From: Tubulanus polymorphus
Lineage: Eukaryota > Animalia > Nemertea
NCBI RefSeq assembly: GCF_964204645.1
Contig: NC_134030.1
Coordinates: 6,986,778-7,050,777, forward strand
Length of the DNA stretch: 64,000 nucleotides
Direction of reading: 5' to 3'
Below are positions 1-15,413 of this stretch, piece by piece (within the stretch, counting starts at the first letter, position 1; the number at the start of each line of letters is the position of its first letter). A model generated the notes under the pieces. The model saw only the letters and a list, made by a program, of their open reading frames with translations, was not told the DNA's origin and did no database searches. A program made the translations under genes and the position numbers.

Positions 1-1795
<1,795 letters not shown>

Positions 1796-3744
1796 CGTTT
1801 TTCAGAACGATTTTTATCTATGTTTATAGAGAAGAAACCTTAGTGAAAAATATCTTTCACTAAGACATATTACATGCATACTGTATAATATAGAATTTAT
1901 GTCAAACTGCTGTTTTCCGAGTGAGAGAAATATATAATAATGTAAATACATATCTGAAATGTGTGAATGCGAGAATCGAATGTTTGCGTGAGAATGTTGG
2001 TTTACTTATCTTTTTATCGCAATATATGAAATACCTTACTCTCTTCTTCAGTACCTTGGATGCAAAGTCTTATTGCGTCTGATTTATTTAGTTTAGTGTA
2101 AATACGTTACGAAAGCAATTGTTTGTAAATATGTTGTTGTAGTTGTTATTGTTTTTCTGTTATATGATATTATGTAGATACGCTTTTACGAATAAATTTT
2201 ACTAAGTCATTCTGTCTGTGATCATGAAAACAATGACCTACTTCTCTAATCGAAAGTCAAATTCAAAGCATCTCAAGCAAATATGTAACACATTGATGAT
2301 AAGAATCGGAAGATTATGAATATGTCTGGAAGATAAATTGATGAGAAATAATTTCAATTGTAATGCACCAATAAACATCTTTTTTTATTCTCGAAACCTG
2401 AGATTTTGACTGCGTTTATTTCGTATTTGTGAGGTCAAGCTGGCGGCTGTTTGGATTTTCGCTAAACATGATAATTTTCGAATGAATGAAAATTATGACA
2501 AGCAGAAATCATTATTAACATCGCCCGGGGTCTTCGCGCTGGCAAGTGGGAGAGAAGCAAAGAGAGGTTGAACGTGCCCTCGTGAAAGCGTCTCCACAGG
2601 CTGTCAGATAGGCTAAATGAACAAAAGACAACAATCAATATGTCCACAAGACTCAAGATTCCATTCGTTACAATGAACAACAGAACAAATGCATTTATAA
2701 TTTTTTAATATGCCGAGTGTCATTTGGAATATTCGCGCAATTGCGGTCGTTAAAACGTTTCAAGATTTTAACACGAATACGCTATTTGAATGCGTCCGTA
2801 GGTGTCAATCAGGGAGTCGTCTGCGTAACTTTGTTAAAGACGAGAAGCCGCAAAAATGCTCGAATCACGACATGGACTCATGAAATGACGCCTGCACTCT
2901 GCCTTTCTATGCTGTATATTACTAACCCCCAGAGAGATGCACGCACCGTAGGTGGCCCCTCCCCTCACCTGGTACGACGAGTGTCGTTAATATCATAGCT
3001 TGCATAAATATTAAAGCAATCTTCTTTATACCGAGATTTTCCAAACTCTAAACGCATGTATAGTGCTCGTGCACATTTTACATTCAACATTTACGAAAAT
3101 GATTCTTGAGGATTTTTCTCAACATATTTCGGCTTTTCAAAATGGATTTCGTGTTCCGAGGACAAGAATTACATTTTCTCCTTCGACGGCGAACTTCATT
3201 TCAATATTCCGCGTTCAATCGACCACACGTAATTACAATCTCCAGTCGATAACGTGATCGCAAATTAATTTTCTAGTAATGCGTAAAATGCCATAGCGTC
3301 CAAAACGTTGCGTTGTTGTGACGTAATGGAGCCACGAGGTGACAATTATCCGTGATTGTTGCTCGGACAATGATAATAGACAGCGCACGCTTCAGACAAT
3401 AGATTACTCAATATTGCAGGTTTTCAAGATGAGCATTTTCGTCCCGAAGACAGCTGATGGTTGGAAGCTGTATCACTCCATCTGTTCTGTCTCATCACCT
3501 GCTTTATTACTAGTCTAATTGTAGGACACGCGGGGTGCTATTTGACGGCCCTCAGGGTTCGGCTCAGTGCGAGGCGATCTCTTTTTCTTAAGCCACACAA
3601 ATTCGATGGCTATTTGAATTTTCATTCCGAGTTCATTTCTATTTTGAAGTCCGTGTTTATTTCTAAGCGATCACACTGAAAGTCTTTGAAAATATAAAAT
3701 TGATATTTTCTAGAAGTACACCTTTCCCTATGTCGGAATACCGA

Positions 3745-5739
3745 TTAGAAGAACTCCATTTTACATTCGGGGGTTTCGCCATATTGCACTTTGTATTTCT
3801 CGAAAAGTGCGAGAAGTTCGTCAAGGTATCTCCGCTGCAACTTATCGATGTCTTCTAAACTTGGTTCCTTTATCTGAGCTACGTCAATAGGACGACCCAC
3901 TAGAAATAAAATCAAATGAACTTAAATTAAAGTTGAACGAACGAACGAACGAACGAACGAACGAACGAACGAACGAACGAACGAACGAACGAACGAACGA
4001 ACGAACGAACGAACGAACGAACGAACGATGTTGGGTATGAATATAGAGTATGCGAAATATTATTTTCGATTATTGTGTTTATACGTTTTAGGACTATCAA
4101 TAATCATTTGCATTTGTCTGAAATCCGTATCTTTCGCTTCCTCGATTTTTGAAAATGGACGCGTATAGTTGTTCCATAGTCCAAACCAAATGAGATTTTA
4201 GAAACCGAAGATGATTAATTTCATACGTTCTCTCGTTTATATATTACACGAAGTCGTACTGAAACTGGGGTGGAATAGTGATGACCGCGAATGAGATGAT
4301 GCACCACCACCTAGATTATAAGTCCATGACCGATACTAACCGACTGTGTTGACTGGTCGGCGTCGCGGTAATATTCCAAAAGAATACTGGAATACACCCC
4401 GACCGTAGAATATCGGTGGAGAAAATCCGAGCAATCTGGTCATCCAGAGTTGAAAATTCCGCAACCTCGACCCGGGAGGATTGGCTACCTGTTCGTAGAT
4501 GTTGTTTTCGCCAAACGATACGACGGGAATAAGAGATGCACTAAAATGAGAAACCACAAGAAGCACAATCACGTTACCTTTGCACAAGATGCGACAACAT
4601 AAAATACATCGCAATCTTTTTGGCATCTTCTTACAACTGATCTTCCGGACATACCCATTTCTCAAGGCTATTTTGATGAAACCTTTACGATCTAGGATCT
4701 TTAGCCGATAATGTCCCGCGTGGGCTTCCAGTGCTTCTAAAGCGCCGCCTACTATTAGTCCTAGTGCTCGGCCCTTCGGTCCATGAGACAATGCCCAATC
4801 CATTGAACCTTTCGTAGCAGGAAGAATGCCTGGAAAATACAGATATTTCATCGATGAAGGCATTTTATATGTTTATGCTCCTCTGATTTTCATTGATTGA
4901 CTTCTCAGTAAATTTGAAATATTCACAGATACTTTCTATTTGTGTGGTGGGTTTGTAAAGGATGCAAAATCAAATCGACTTATATTACACTACCATTATT
5001 ATCATCTGTGATTTTCTAATGTAATTTAATTCGTAGATAAAGAATAATAGTAATAAAATCTACTGTTTCAAATAAACAACAGGGACAATCACTATTTTAA
5101 GATCAAACATTCTAAATCGATCTGTACTTCTTTCGTGTTGTACGGAATATATTCTAGCGTCCAAGACACGTAGACTATACGTACTGGCTTATTGATTTTA
5201 TTGGAATAAGCCCGATTAGGTCACTGAAAACCCCTTGAATTCTGCTTACCCGACGTCATCAAATAATCTCTGTAAAATGGGAACTGGAAATGTCCAGGGA
5301 GGACCATCAGATGCGGAGTTATACCAGGGAATATCTTACTGAAACCTGTTCCTTCCGTGCAGAAATGTAAAAAACCTCCCATTCCCAATATTCCATGAGG
5401 ATGATAACCCAAAATATAGTTCTTGTTTGGATCGAGTTCGGCCGTTTTGATGAGTTTGATAGGAAAATAGTCCGCCGCTTTTTTCCACAGCAACCAATTT
5501 CTGAACCAGGCCACTCGTTTTCCACCGCGATACGGACTGAGTCGATCTAGCATGTACCACGCCATGTAGATTAACGAGATGACATAAAAACGCGTGAAAA
5601 ACAATCCTATGAACAGCGCCAGGCCACCGAATCCACCTACTAAGAAGGTAATAACGAATTTGACGACGCACAATGTTTGTATCCTTCGCTCAAAAGGAAT
5701 CGCTAATGGCGCGAATTCTATTCCGAAAAATTTTGCCAT
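3745..5739 (-). CDS. 2-acylglycerol O-acyltransferase (MOGAT/DGAT2 family)
   Basis: Exons 5739-5250, 4829-4655, 4540-4341, 3899-3745. Motifs: FAPLAIPFERRIQT, YFPIKLIKT, catalytic YHPHG, GGALEAL, RKGFIKIALRNG, LIPVVSFGEN, VGRPI. Ends ...KMEFF*. Confidence 0.95.
3935..4028. repeat. (GAAC)n microsatellite in last MOGAT intron
   Basis: Perfect tetranucleotide run. Confidence 0.97.
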
Positions 5740-7860
5740 CTTTGCCCACGGTCAAGTTCAGGATCTTTATAACATGGTAACCTAAAAGAAAAACAGCAAA
5801 CTACGTAGATAGTCAGTTTTGAAATGATCAGTCCAGTCATATGCCCTGGCTAATCTCCCAGTGAAATTCTGTTCATACATGCGAATCTTTGCAGATGATA
5901 TAAATTCACATCCTTGTTCAGTAAAACAGACATTGTTATAGATGTACGTACGTACTATGATTATACATATGAAATCATGCTTTGCAAATATTACCTACAG
6001 TCTCGATCGGCTCTGATGTGTAGAGAACGGATTTCAATACATTACGTTGCTGTAAACACAGCAATACGTATAGTATACTACTAGCACTAACATGATTATC
6101 TAGTAAAGTGTAGGTTGTGTAAATTTCTATGGTCGTGTGATAAGAAATGAATGTGTTTTTGAGACGCTTAGTCAATCGACCAATTCGTGCTGATTGCCGG
6201 GATCGACGGGCTTAAGTGAATAACAACTGGGAATCCGTATATATCGTATCTTAGTGGATCTTATGTTTGTGACAATCGGAGGAAGATGTAGCCGCTATAT
6301 ATGGTCCTGGGGCCATCAGTCTTCCAGCCGTTTCTTCGGCTCGAAATGCAGTTCTATTCCGCGCTAGCTACATAATTTCTAGAGGAGCGCATTTGAACTT
6401 TGTTAAGGAACCGTGCGCCATATAAGTGACAATTTATTGTTATATCTAAATACCTTGCGAATAAAAAAACACGAAATTCAAAATAGAATTCCCTTGAACT
6501 GTCACACTGTAATGAAGAAGAATTTATGAATCTTGTTGTCGCCGCCAACCTAAATCAAAGTTAATGTCGATAGTTGAGTAGATCAACAACTAAAGAAAAG
6601 AAAATCTATACACACACGAACACAAAGGTTTGATAGCATATCTCTAACCTTGTCTGGTAGACACGAGGTCTCATGGAGCTCTTCTGAAAAGATATTTCTG
6701 TTTTTATGAATTGAAATTGAATAAAGCAATCTAGGGTAACGACCTCCACCAGGGAAGCTATATTGTTGCCAAACGTTGACAGCATATAACGCACTAAGTA
6801 AACTTTTTCATGCAATTATTTCTGAAGCTGGAAATAACATACCAGGTATCGTATGAGGGGTGTATATAGTATCCACACTCTTACTTCCGAACTCGATAAA
6901 TGACCTTCAAAAACATTATGCCTTTATATGCATTATCTGATACGACGAAAATCGTTTCCTCTGATAATTCACGTGACTAATGATTCGGTTCTGATTTTTA
7001 TTTCATTACCCGAAAGATCTGCGTTCTTGATGTAGATTTGAAACCTATAGATATTGTACGATGCTAGATAAACTGTATATGTTTAATGTTTCGCCATTTT
7101 CAGTTAGTCACTGTGTTTTCTATTGACTTTAAGCTGAATTCAATTGATGGTATAAACGTTGATTGATGTAACCTCTTGTTTCATGAATACTAAAGACGCT
7201 GATTCGAACTAAAAGACTTATACAAAAGACGTGCTATTTTGGTGCACCCGCTTTTCTAATTCCTCACCCCAGCCCAATTCATTCATTACTGTTCCCCTAT
7301 GGCTGAGGCTAGGGAATTTGGAAAAAACGCCCGCTCTTGATCCCATTTCAAAAATGATGCAAGATGACAAACTATCGTGGTAAGATGACAATACATAATG
7401 TATACCCATCATGTTGGATATGGAATACCGCCAGAAAGTATCAGAAAACCAGCGAGATGCACCGACACGGGCCACACGGCACGGGGGCCTAGATATTTCA
7501 TAGAGCTTAAATCAATTGAGTTCCATGAATATTTACATGATTGGTAAATTACGCAGATAACTAGGGAAGAAAATGACCTAAGCGTGCTAGACAAAACGAG
7601 CTTTTCTCGCATGAAAAATTTCAATTAAGACGGTGAAAGTTTATTCCTGGTGACTTACATACATTGTACTTCATTTACAAAAGAATGAATCAAAAAGTGG
7701 ATCACGGTTCAAATGGAAAGTTACGTATTTAAAATTCGACTTAAATAATTCGACCAATCAAACTGTTCGGGTCTGGATTATGTACGGATCTCGCCAGGGT
7801 ATGAAATGCGCTGTTGTTATGGGCGAGGAATACATTTGGTACTGAACTCAAGGAATTAAT

Positions 7861-8599
7861 ATGAAGGTAGGTGAAAGATGAACTAAACTCGGGCAAATTT
7901 CTTGGAGAAAATATTTCGCTAAAAATCATATTGTATAATTTTCTTTAATTTCCAGTCGACAACCGTTTTTTTACTGGCTCTGTGCAGCGTTGCATTGATG
8001 GTAACGTTGACTGATGCGTCGCCTTTAACTCTCCTGCTACGTGAATACTTGCAAGAGTTAAGGGAACGTAAACGATCAGGTATGTCTCATTTACAGTAGA
8101 ATGCCATGTACACAGAACAAGGGGGGGGGGGTGAATACCAAATCAGCGTTGAATTCTGTAAAACTTCTTAACACTTTTCTAAAACAAAATCAATGTTTTT
8201 CTGGTACACCTAAATGAGAAGCCGTTCGAAACTTCGAACATCTGATCACAAAAACGATAATCCATTTCGGGAACCTTTGTGGCGATGAAACCGCTTTTTA
8301 GTCATTTGTATTTCACGCATAGCCTTAATCAGACTGCAAACTGCATGTAAACAAACCGTCCGCATTTTCCAGTGAAATTTGCTAAAGTCGTGAGACATTA
8401 GCATGGTAGTCCATCCACTTGAGTGACATCTTCTCCGCGTATTTCAATGCAGCTAAATATTGATACATATATGTAAAATCAAAAATCGGTCAATTATGTT
8501 TTTTCAGATTGTATTGGCGCAGGCGAGAGTGGGTGTGACGGTGACCCCGACTGTTGTGATAACGGGTCTTGTAATAGCCATGGTGTTTGCGAGCCATAA
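7861..8599 (+). CDS. Secreted inhibitor-cystine-knot (knottin) toxin-like prepropeptide, 73 aa
   Basis: Exons 7861-7866 (ATG AAG|gtaggt), 7956-8079 (ttccag|...tcag|gtatgt) and 8508-8599 (tttcag|...taa). Product: MKSTTVFLLALCSVALMVTLTDA-SPLTLLLREYLQELRERKR-SDCIGAGESGCDGDPDCCDNGSCNSHGVCEP*. This is a signal peptide, a propeptide ending in KR, and a C-C-CC-C-C mature peptide. AATAAA at ~8726. Confidence 0.88.
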
Positions 8600-9198
8600 A
8601 CTTGCTACATTCGCATCGCATTGATTAGTATTAGAGAACAAATATTCGTCACTGCTCACGACAAACAAAAATTGATGAACCAATTGAGAACAGATTGAAT
8701 TACCAATACATTTCAGAATGAATTGAATAAAATATGATTTTTTCCAAAATAAGTTCTTAATTTTAATCTCATTAAATGAATAGGATATATCAAGGATCTT
8801 CACACAGATCTCTCTTATCTCGACTTGAATACATTCCAGTTTCATTCAATAGCAAATACATGTATAGATCATGACGTTGTTTTCTATGGTTGTGGTGATC
8901 TTCAAGGCCATTGGCGCTGCATACTTTTATTGGTGTAGAAGTTTTTCCAACATTGTTGATTTAAGATGAACCGATCAAATAAAAGACCGAAAGAAACGAC
9001 ATTATCAACTGAATTGTAGATTTTATTCAATCAATCTTAATCGATTTTATTAGATTAATCTGTTCTGTTAGTCGCAGTCAGCTGGATCAAACATGCTGAA
9101 AATTTAATCAAATCACATGTTTTACATTTTGCATTTAGCTAGTTCTGATAACAGTGAAGAAACGAATGCGTGTGCAAATTTTGATGTGTTATCTTTAT

Positions 9199-12100
9199 TT
9201 ACCAGCCATAGGTAGCTTCACCATCATTCTCGGGAAATATGCAATTGCCCCTTCGGCGCCTACTATGGTCGTGCAGCACAGTACTTGTTCTGGATGGGAA
9301 CCTGCAAATATCTCATTCAGTTTCTAAGGTGACATTATCGAGGAAACGTGACGACGATAGATTTCGTGCCACGGGATACTCTGTAAAGATGTTTGCACCG
9401 AAATCAGGTTGACATATTTCTTATATAAATAAAGTCAATGAGTTTACCTGTAATAGGATTGGATGCAAACGAATGGAAGTTTCTGATCGCATGGATGTGT
9501 CGTCTTGATAAACTCATCATCTGTAGCGTGTTTTGAGAATGTACTGCAATCCGTGATATTATCCTCCTTATTAGCCGTGTGTCGCCAAAATTCCGTCGGG
9601 CTAAAATTAGGAAAGTGTTTACTTAGAAGTCAGTGGAAGAAAGGTTTACCACGAACAGTTTACAAAAGTATACTTACTAATCGTCCATTGCTTCTGTATT
9701 CAAGCATTTCGCTGCGTTCAGAAGGCTCATGCCCAACGCCAAGCAGTTTTTTCGCGCTTCCACATACGTAACATCTAAATCGAATTTCTGATGCTTGATT
9801 ACATCACCACTAGCAAAGCGTCCTTTATGGCAAGGTTTAGCAACTATACGAAAACATAAATCGTTAAGTAAACGATAATTCGAAAAAATCAGCAGGAAAA
9901 CCGAATCAATAAGTCGATCGCTTTGACATAAATGCACGACTTGGAAACGCACATGGCCATCCATATGTCCACAATTCGCAAAGTTCATCTAGTGTCATCT
10001 TTGGAAATCTACTTCGAGCTTCGTGAATATGCGCTGTAATCGACAAAAATATGGCAATTAAGATTTGAATTCGCTTTAGATATTTTGAAGTATTTTCAAT
10101 TTACGTACATTCAGTGCATACATCCCTCAACCATCGATTCTGTACTCGAAGTGGTTTGTCGAACAGGTAAACGTTTTTAACGAATCCTTCGTAACCACCC
10201 GAGCCAATTACAAGATTACAGTTTGTCCCGTTGTTGTAGACTCCACCATCATTAATTTCTGTGCATTTCTGATCGAAGCAAACCTGCATGAATAAACGAA
10301 ATAATTCTGTACGAACTAGCAGTAGAGTTTACTGTAAACCACCCGTTCGTAAAATGTGACTTTTTGAGAGTAACTTCAAACAATTCGGAATTGAAGCCCC
10401 GCAATGATGGACACTTCCACGCGATGCTATATACTTATGCCAATCGAAACGTTTTGGTTTATCATAAATTAGTTTTTTTTGGGTTGCGGGGTATCATAAA
10501 CTGTTCAGCTCTCGCCAGATCAGGGAGACAAATAAGGTCCTCACCCTTTCTTTGTTAGTATAGTATTTTGTCCACTCGATGAAGTTCCAATCGTTTGTGG
10601 GAAACTTTTTTATTGGATGATGAGAGAGGTAGCCAATATTCTTATCCAGGGAATATATTTGTGGATCATTGGGACTCCCTGTACTCCATGTGACGAGACT
10701 TCGTTTTAGATTAGATGAACCGTTCTTTGGCTTGAAGCATACGTACAGTGTAAACACCTCCGGGCATCTATTAGGTAGCGTTAACTGTAAAAGTAGAGCA
10801 TCTTTCTTCAACTTCAAGAACACAACTCTGTCGAAACGAAGGTCTATCCAGGGTGGTGGTGGTATCCAGGTGGGAGTGAACCACCCTCATGGTCTATCAA
10901 ACCGACAAAATACTCACTGAACCGTCCGGCGCTGATAGATATGCATACACATGTTTGTTCGATTTCTTGAATCTCACGCCGGAGCTGTTAACGAGCACCG
11001 ACGAACCAAAGTCATTAGAATATTTTGTCTCATTTGTCAGTCTGAAGCCGTCATCTGGACCTGTATCAAATTTTCAATATTTTGATATCAGTAGCACAAA
11101 TACATGGGTAATGTCTAACGCAAAGTTAGCTGAATATAACTACAAACATGTATATACGCTTGATGCAATACATAGACTGAATATATGAAGGAAACTTACA
11201 ATATGCGTGGCACATGTCCATGGCTACTCGGTAATCTGGTTTGAGTAAGATGTTGAAAAGAAAGGCATTCTTCATTAAGCCGCTAAAGTTACCAAATGTA
11301 ACTTTCATTTCTGCTTGAATTGATGTGTTTGAAGGAATTGTTGTGCAGTTGGTGTCAAGGCATAATTTTTCACTAACGCCTTCACCCTGAGTCTCGTCGT
11401 GGGTCCAGTGCAAAAAATACCACTTGCTTTTATCGAGTAATTGATCAATCTTATACCCGTCGACGTACACATAGCCATTTAGCATAGAAATGACTTTGTC
11501 TTCTCTAGTGGTAACCGTAGCATTGTGCCAACGAATGATAGATCCATACGCTCTTTTCTTATTGGTTCTAATACACGTATAGAAAGTGGCTCGTCTAGCT
11601 GATGCTGGGCTGTCAACCGTAACGGCTTGGCTATTGCTAAAATCTATTGAATCCCTTGCGTACACGACGTCACCGGTTCCATTCACTGTCAGATTATGCC
11701 CGTGGCCAGAAAAATCATCCAACGTATCGTTAAAGTAGTAAACAGCAATTGGATCTGATGAAAGAGAATGATAATAATGATAATGATAATAACAATAATA
11801 ATAACAATAATAATAATAACAATAATAATAACAATAACAATAACAAATATAGCTGCAAAGCAGCGATAACGTGTTTTCTGGATGCATGTGATCGAAAGGA
11901 AAAATTAATTACCGGGTATTCGATGGAAAAATAAAATGAGATGATTTGGATATTATCGGAGCAATCCTCTTTTTGGTTGAATGGTCTAACCCCAGTATAG
12001 TCCCCGTGATTTTGAAATTCTCGGAGCCCTCCTATATTTACTTACTAAATGACGTCACAAACTGTTATTTCGCCGGTGCTTGTTGTCTAACAATTCAATT

Positions 12101-12493
12101 CAATTCTTTATTTACAGTAACCTAATAAGTAATTTTTAGTTTCAAATAGGATGGAAAGTACATTCAGACAATCTGTTGGTTCAGAGAGACCGTTATTACA
12201 GTATCAATTTATACATTTCGTTTCGAAGCTGTCAGTTGCCGAATCTGAATGAAGATGAATTTTATTTGACGAAATCGGCGGAAAATATATAATAATAATA
12301 ATAATCAACAGAATTTCAAGAGGGTTTTCGACGAAAGTCAGAAAACCCTAATAATAATCAACAGAATTTCAAGAGGGTTTTCGACGAAAATCAGAAAACC
12401 CTAATAACAATAGCAATAGCAATAGCAATAGCAATAGCAATAGCAATAACAATAACAATAACAAAAACAATAACAATAACAATAATAATAATA

Positions 12494-12539
<46 letters not shown>

Positions 12540-15413
12540 TAAAATATTTTCAAAAAATTTCTGAAATTTACCTTCCGTTCGACAGTGATGTTCAATTTCA
12601 AAAAGATGATAAATAATCAGTGGTTTGACGCGATTAAACAGCAAAATATCTCTCATTCTGCCTCTGAATCCTGGACTTCCGAGTATGAGTGTCAAGTATT
12701 TAGCTTCCACGAGTCTCGCGTAGGTTGCATCGCGATCGATTTCTTGGCATTGTCCATTAACGCAGACGACTTCTGACGACCTTGTCTCATTTCCGTGTGC
12801 GTCTACTTTTATATACCATATTACATGATTCCAATTGTAATGAATAAAAGTTTGAAATAATGCTTCGTCGTCTTCGCCTTTTAGATAAAGTCTAGTGTCT
12901 GCACCTTGACCTAAGATAGAATATCATATATCAATTGCTTCATTTAGCTTGGGCGTCAAACAGAGAAAATTGCCGAATTAAAAAAAAGGATCTCAAAAGA
13001 AAGTCTTGAAGAATATTGAATGAAAAACTAGCCGACGTATACCGTAATTAGCTAGTTTCAAATCAACGTTACAAACAGAACAAATCACAGCTTAGGCTCA
13101 TGCTATGGGTGGCTAATAGATAACCTTTGCCTTGCGGATGTATAAGGCATGACCAATCAATTTCGTAACACGTGTATTAATCCTCCAATCATCAAGTACG
13201 TCAGATGATTCTTCTTTGGCTGATTTGGGTTCATGTAAATGACGCATAATGTTTAGAAATGTATTTGCCAACAAATAACAATATCATAATCACATTTACC
13301 TAGTTGGAATTGTGTCGATGGTTTAAAACGTATGAATGCGATCTTATCGATTGTTTGTTGCTCCGGGTATACGCAAGCAGAAAGAAGTAACTCTCTGTAA
13401 GAGTTGGTCAATCTTAGAGCCGGCTCATGTACTGCACTATAACCAAGGACATCATCACCAAATTGATAATATTCAGGTGTCGAAGTGTCATTATAATCGG
13501 CGGATTTAACACTTAAATGATGTTTCATTCCCGATTCATCTTGCAGATCACCGCGCAAGGGCCACTTCCCCACCAATTCTGTAGAAAACGAAATGGCTGA
13601 TATTAGTTTCCACTTAGAATGAGAATTCGAATTTAACTGAAATGATGGTACAATGTTTTGATATCTCAGACAACGATTATATGAAATTTTCTGCTAATAA
13701 GAAATAAAGTCGAACTTACTTCCATTACAAAGTTCAGGCATGAAAAGTTTATAACTGTCAACAATTGTCGTATTGTAAAGCACAAGGTGGCGCATGTAAC
13801 CAATAAATGATTTATCAGTATCACTGTTTCCGAGTTTTAGCGTACATGGTTTTTCATTGATGAATTCACTTGTTCCTATATTCTGTTTACATTCATAATC
13901 ATTACACACCTAAAAAATAAGCAATAAAATATGACAGGTCAGTCCGGATTAAACCTACTTAATTTGTGGAAAAACTGCGTGGTGTATCCGTGAACAGGTG
14001 CCGGTTGCTCAAAGGTTCGGTTAAGATAACCGTTGGCCAAGTTGTAAACCGCCGTTCAAGAACTTATTCAATGGTTAATTAACCATTAGTTAAATTCTGT
14101 TGGTCAAAACCTCGGTTAGGCCCCAGTTTGCTAACCGCTGATTAGATTTCTACAACATAGACTTACCTTGTCTTTCTTGACGAAATTTCCGAGTCTGCTC
14201 CATTCAATGAGCGTCCATCGATCTGCACTGCGGTTTGTTGTTACCGCGACGTCTTTAAACTGATTGTTGAGGAGGAAGGTAAAAGTATCGTTGTCGTAGT
14301 CAAAACCGATTGATGAAATGGTACTTCCATGTTCGTCATTCCAGCGGATGATATCACGAACTCCTACTGCACTGCCTGTACTGTCAGGATATACACACAC
14401 GAAAAGGCTAAATTCTTGTTCGCAGTGATCGACTGTGATCTAGAAATGAAATCATAATGCGATTACGGATATTTTATCCGCTCAATCTGCGGATGGTCAG
14501 TTGTTAAAGCTCCCAACAAAGGATAACTCGATGTCAATAGTTATCGCGCGGGCCTATGTTAAGCCACGATCACGCGAAGTCGATCAGACCCGAGTCCTTG
14601 GCCTAATGAGAGAGCACCACTCGCTCGATACTGCTTAAGGCAAACTGAGTCATTTCCGGAACCAGTTGCAATTCACACGCAATAATCTTGGCTTGGACAT
14701 TGTACGACGTTTTTGGTCGGGCCAGAAAAGCACGAGCCTATTTGGAACCTAGTGAACAGTTGGCCCGGTCCAGCGATCATACGAACGTAGACGTGGGCGC
14801 GTTGTGCGACGTTTCCTGCGCCAAAACGTCTGCGTGTGATCGCGGCTAATAATTCAATCGTTGTTTCTCGGTTCCGAGTAAGAGGATGTTGAAACCCCCG
14901 TAGCTGATTTCTATATAATAATGAAAATAATTCGCCAGCGATTCGGACAATACCTAAATAGAAATCGAATACCCTTCCTGTGAATCTTCGATAATCCAGA
15001 AAAAATGAAATAAGCAGGACTGATTTAAGTTTAGGCAAAGCATAAAATTGTAAATAGTACCTGCGTTCCTGAGCTGAATTGTAGAGCTTTATGGTTCATT
15101 GTATCATTGTGACTGGCACGTAGCTCTGCTGAGTTCGTAAATGAAACGTCACCTTCCTGCGAACCGTTCACGACCCCGATGTCATCATTCAAATTGGAGA
15201 TAAACTTCCATCGACCGATTGGATCTATAAAAAAGATCGACTCACGATTCGACTGGAAGATTACCAATAACTTAAGAAGATTGGTTAACAGGATTAAAAC
15301 TAGTAAACAGAGATATACATTGAGTATCTGGTACCTGGTAATTCAGACGATGCTGCGAAACGAACAAATGGCACCAGATATATAAACAGTATCAAAATCT
15401 GTCTCTCCCGCAT
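9199..15413 (-). CDS. Secreted ~952-aa protein: signal peptide + 4 LamG/ConA-like (pentraxin-like) modules + C-type-lectin-like domain
   Basis: 13 phase-consistent exons: 15413-15335, 15224-15061, 14439-14167, 13909-13720, 13578-13300, 12910-12572, 11754-11200, 11060-10918, 10784-10545, 10283-10109, 9843-9678, 9600-9448, 9301-9199 (2859 nt). Modules begin like PIGRWKF/LVGKWPL/PIAVYYF and contain C-x-Y/F/I, WxxxxW, (V/L)CxxxxC and FxGxMR/K-x-xxL(Y/F)N. The C-terminal TYVEARKNC...FW...C...HPCDQKLPFVC matches the CTLD pattern. The last exon is less certain. Confidence 0.8.
11767..11846. repeat. (AAT/AAC)n microsatellite
   Basis: Intronic trinucleotide run; source of the spurious poly-Y/poly-N ORFs. 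Confidence 0.95.
12289..12540. repeat. ~53-bp tandem duplication followed by compound (AATAGC)n/(AATAAC)n/(AAT)n microsatellite
   Basis: ataataatcaacagaatttcaagagggttttcgacgaaa(g/a)tcagaaaacccta x2, then simple repeats. Confidence 0.92.
14562..14847. mobile_element. MITE (same family as 27800-28083)
   Basis: TIRs agccacgatcacgc / gtgtgatcgcggct. Confidence 0.65.

Noticed and set aside
3745-3780. Suspected frameshift at the MOGAT C-terminus
   Set aside because: Recounting the homopolymers gives a normal in-frame ending GETPECKMEFF*.
11749-12710. ORFs with poly-N, poly-Y, poly-L (and YI repeats at 34932-35135)
   Set aside because: Translations of intronic microsatellites.
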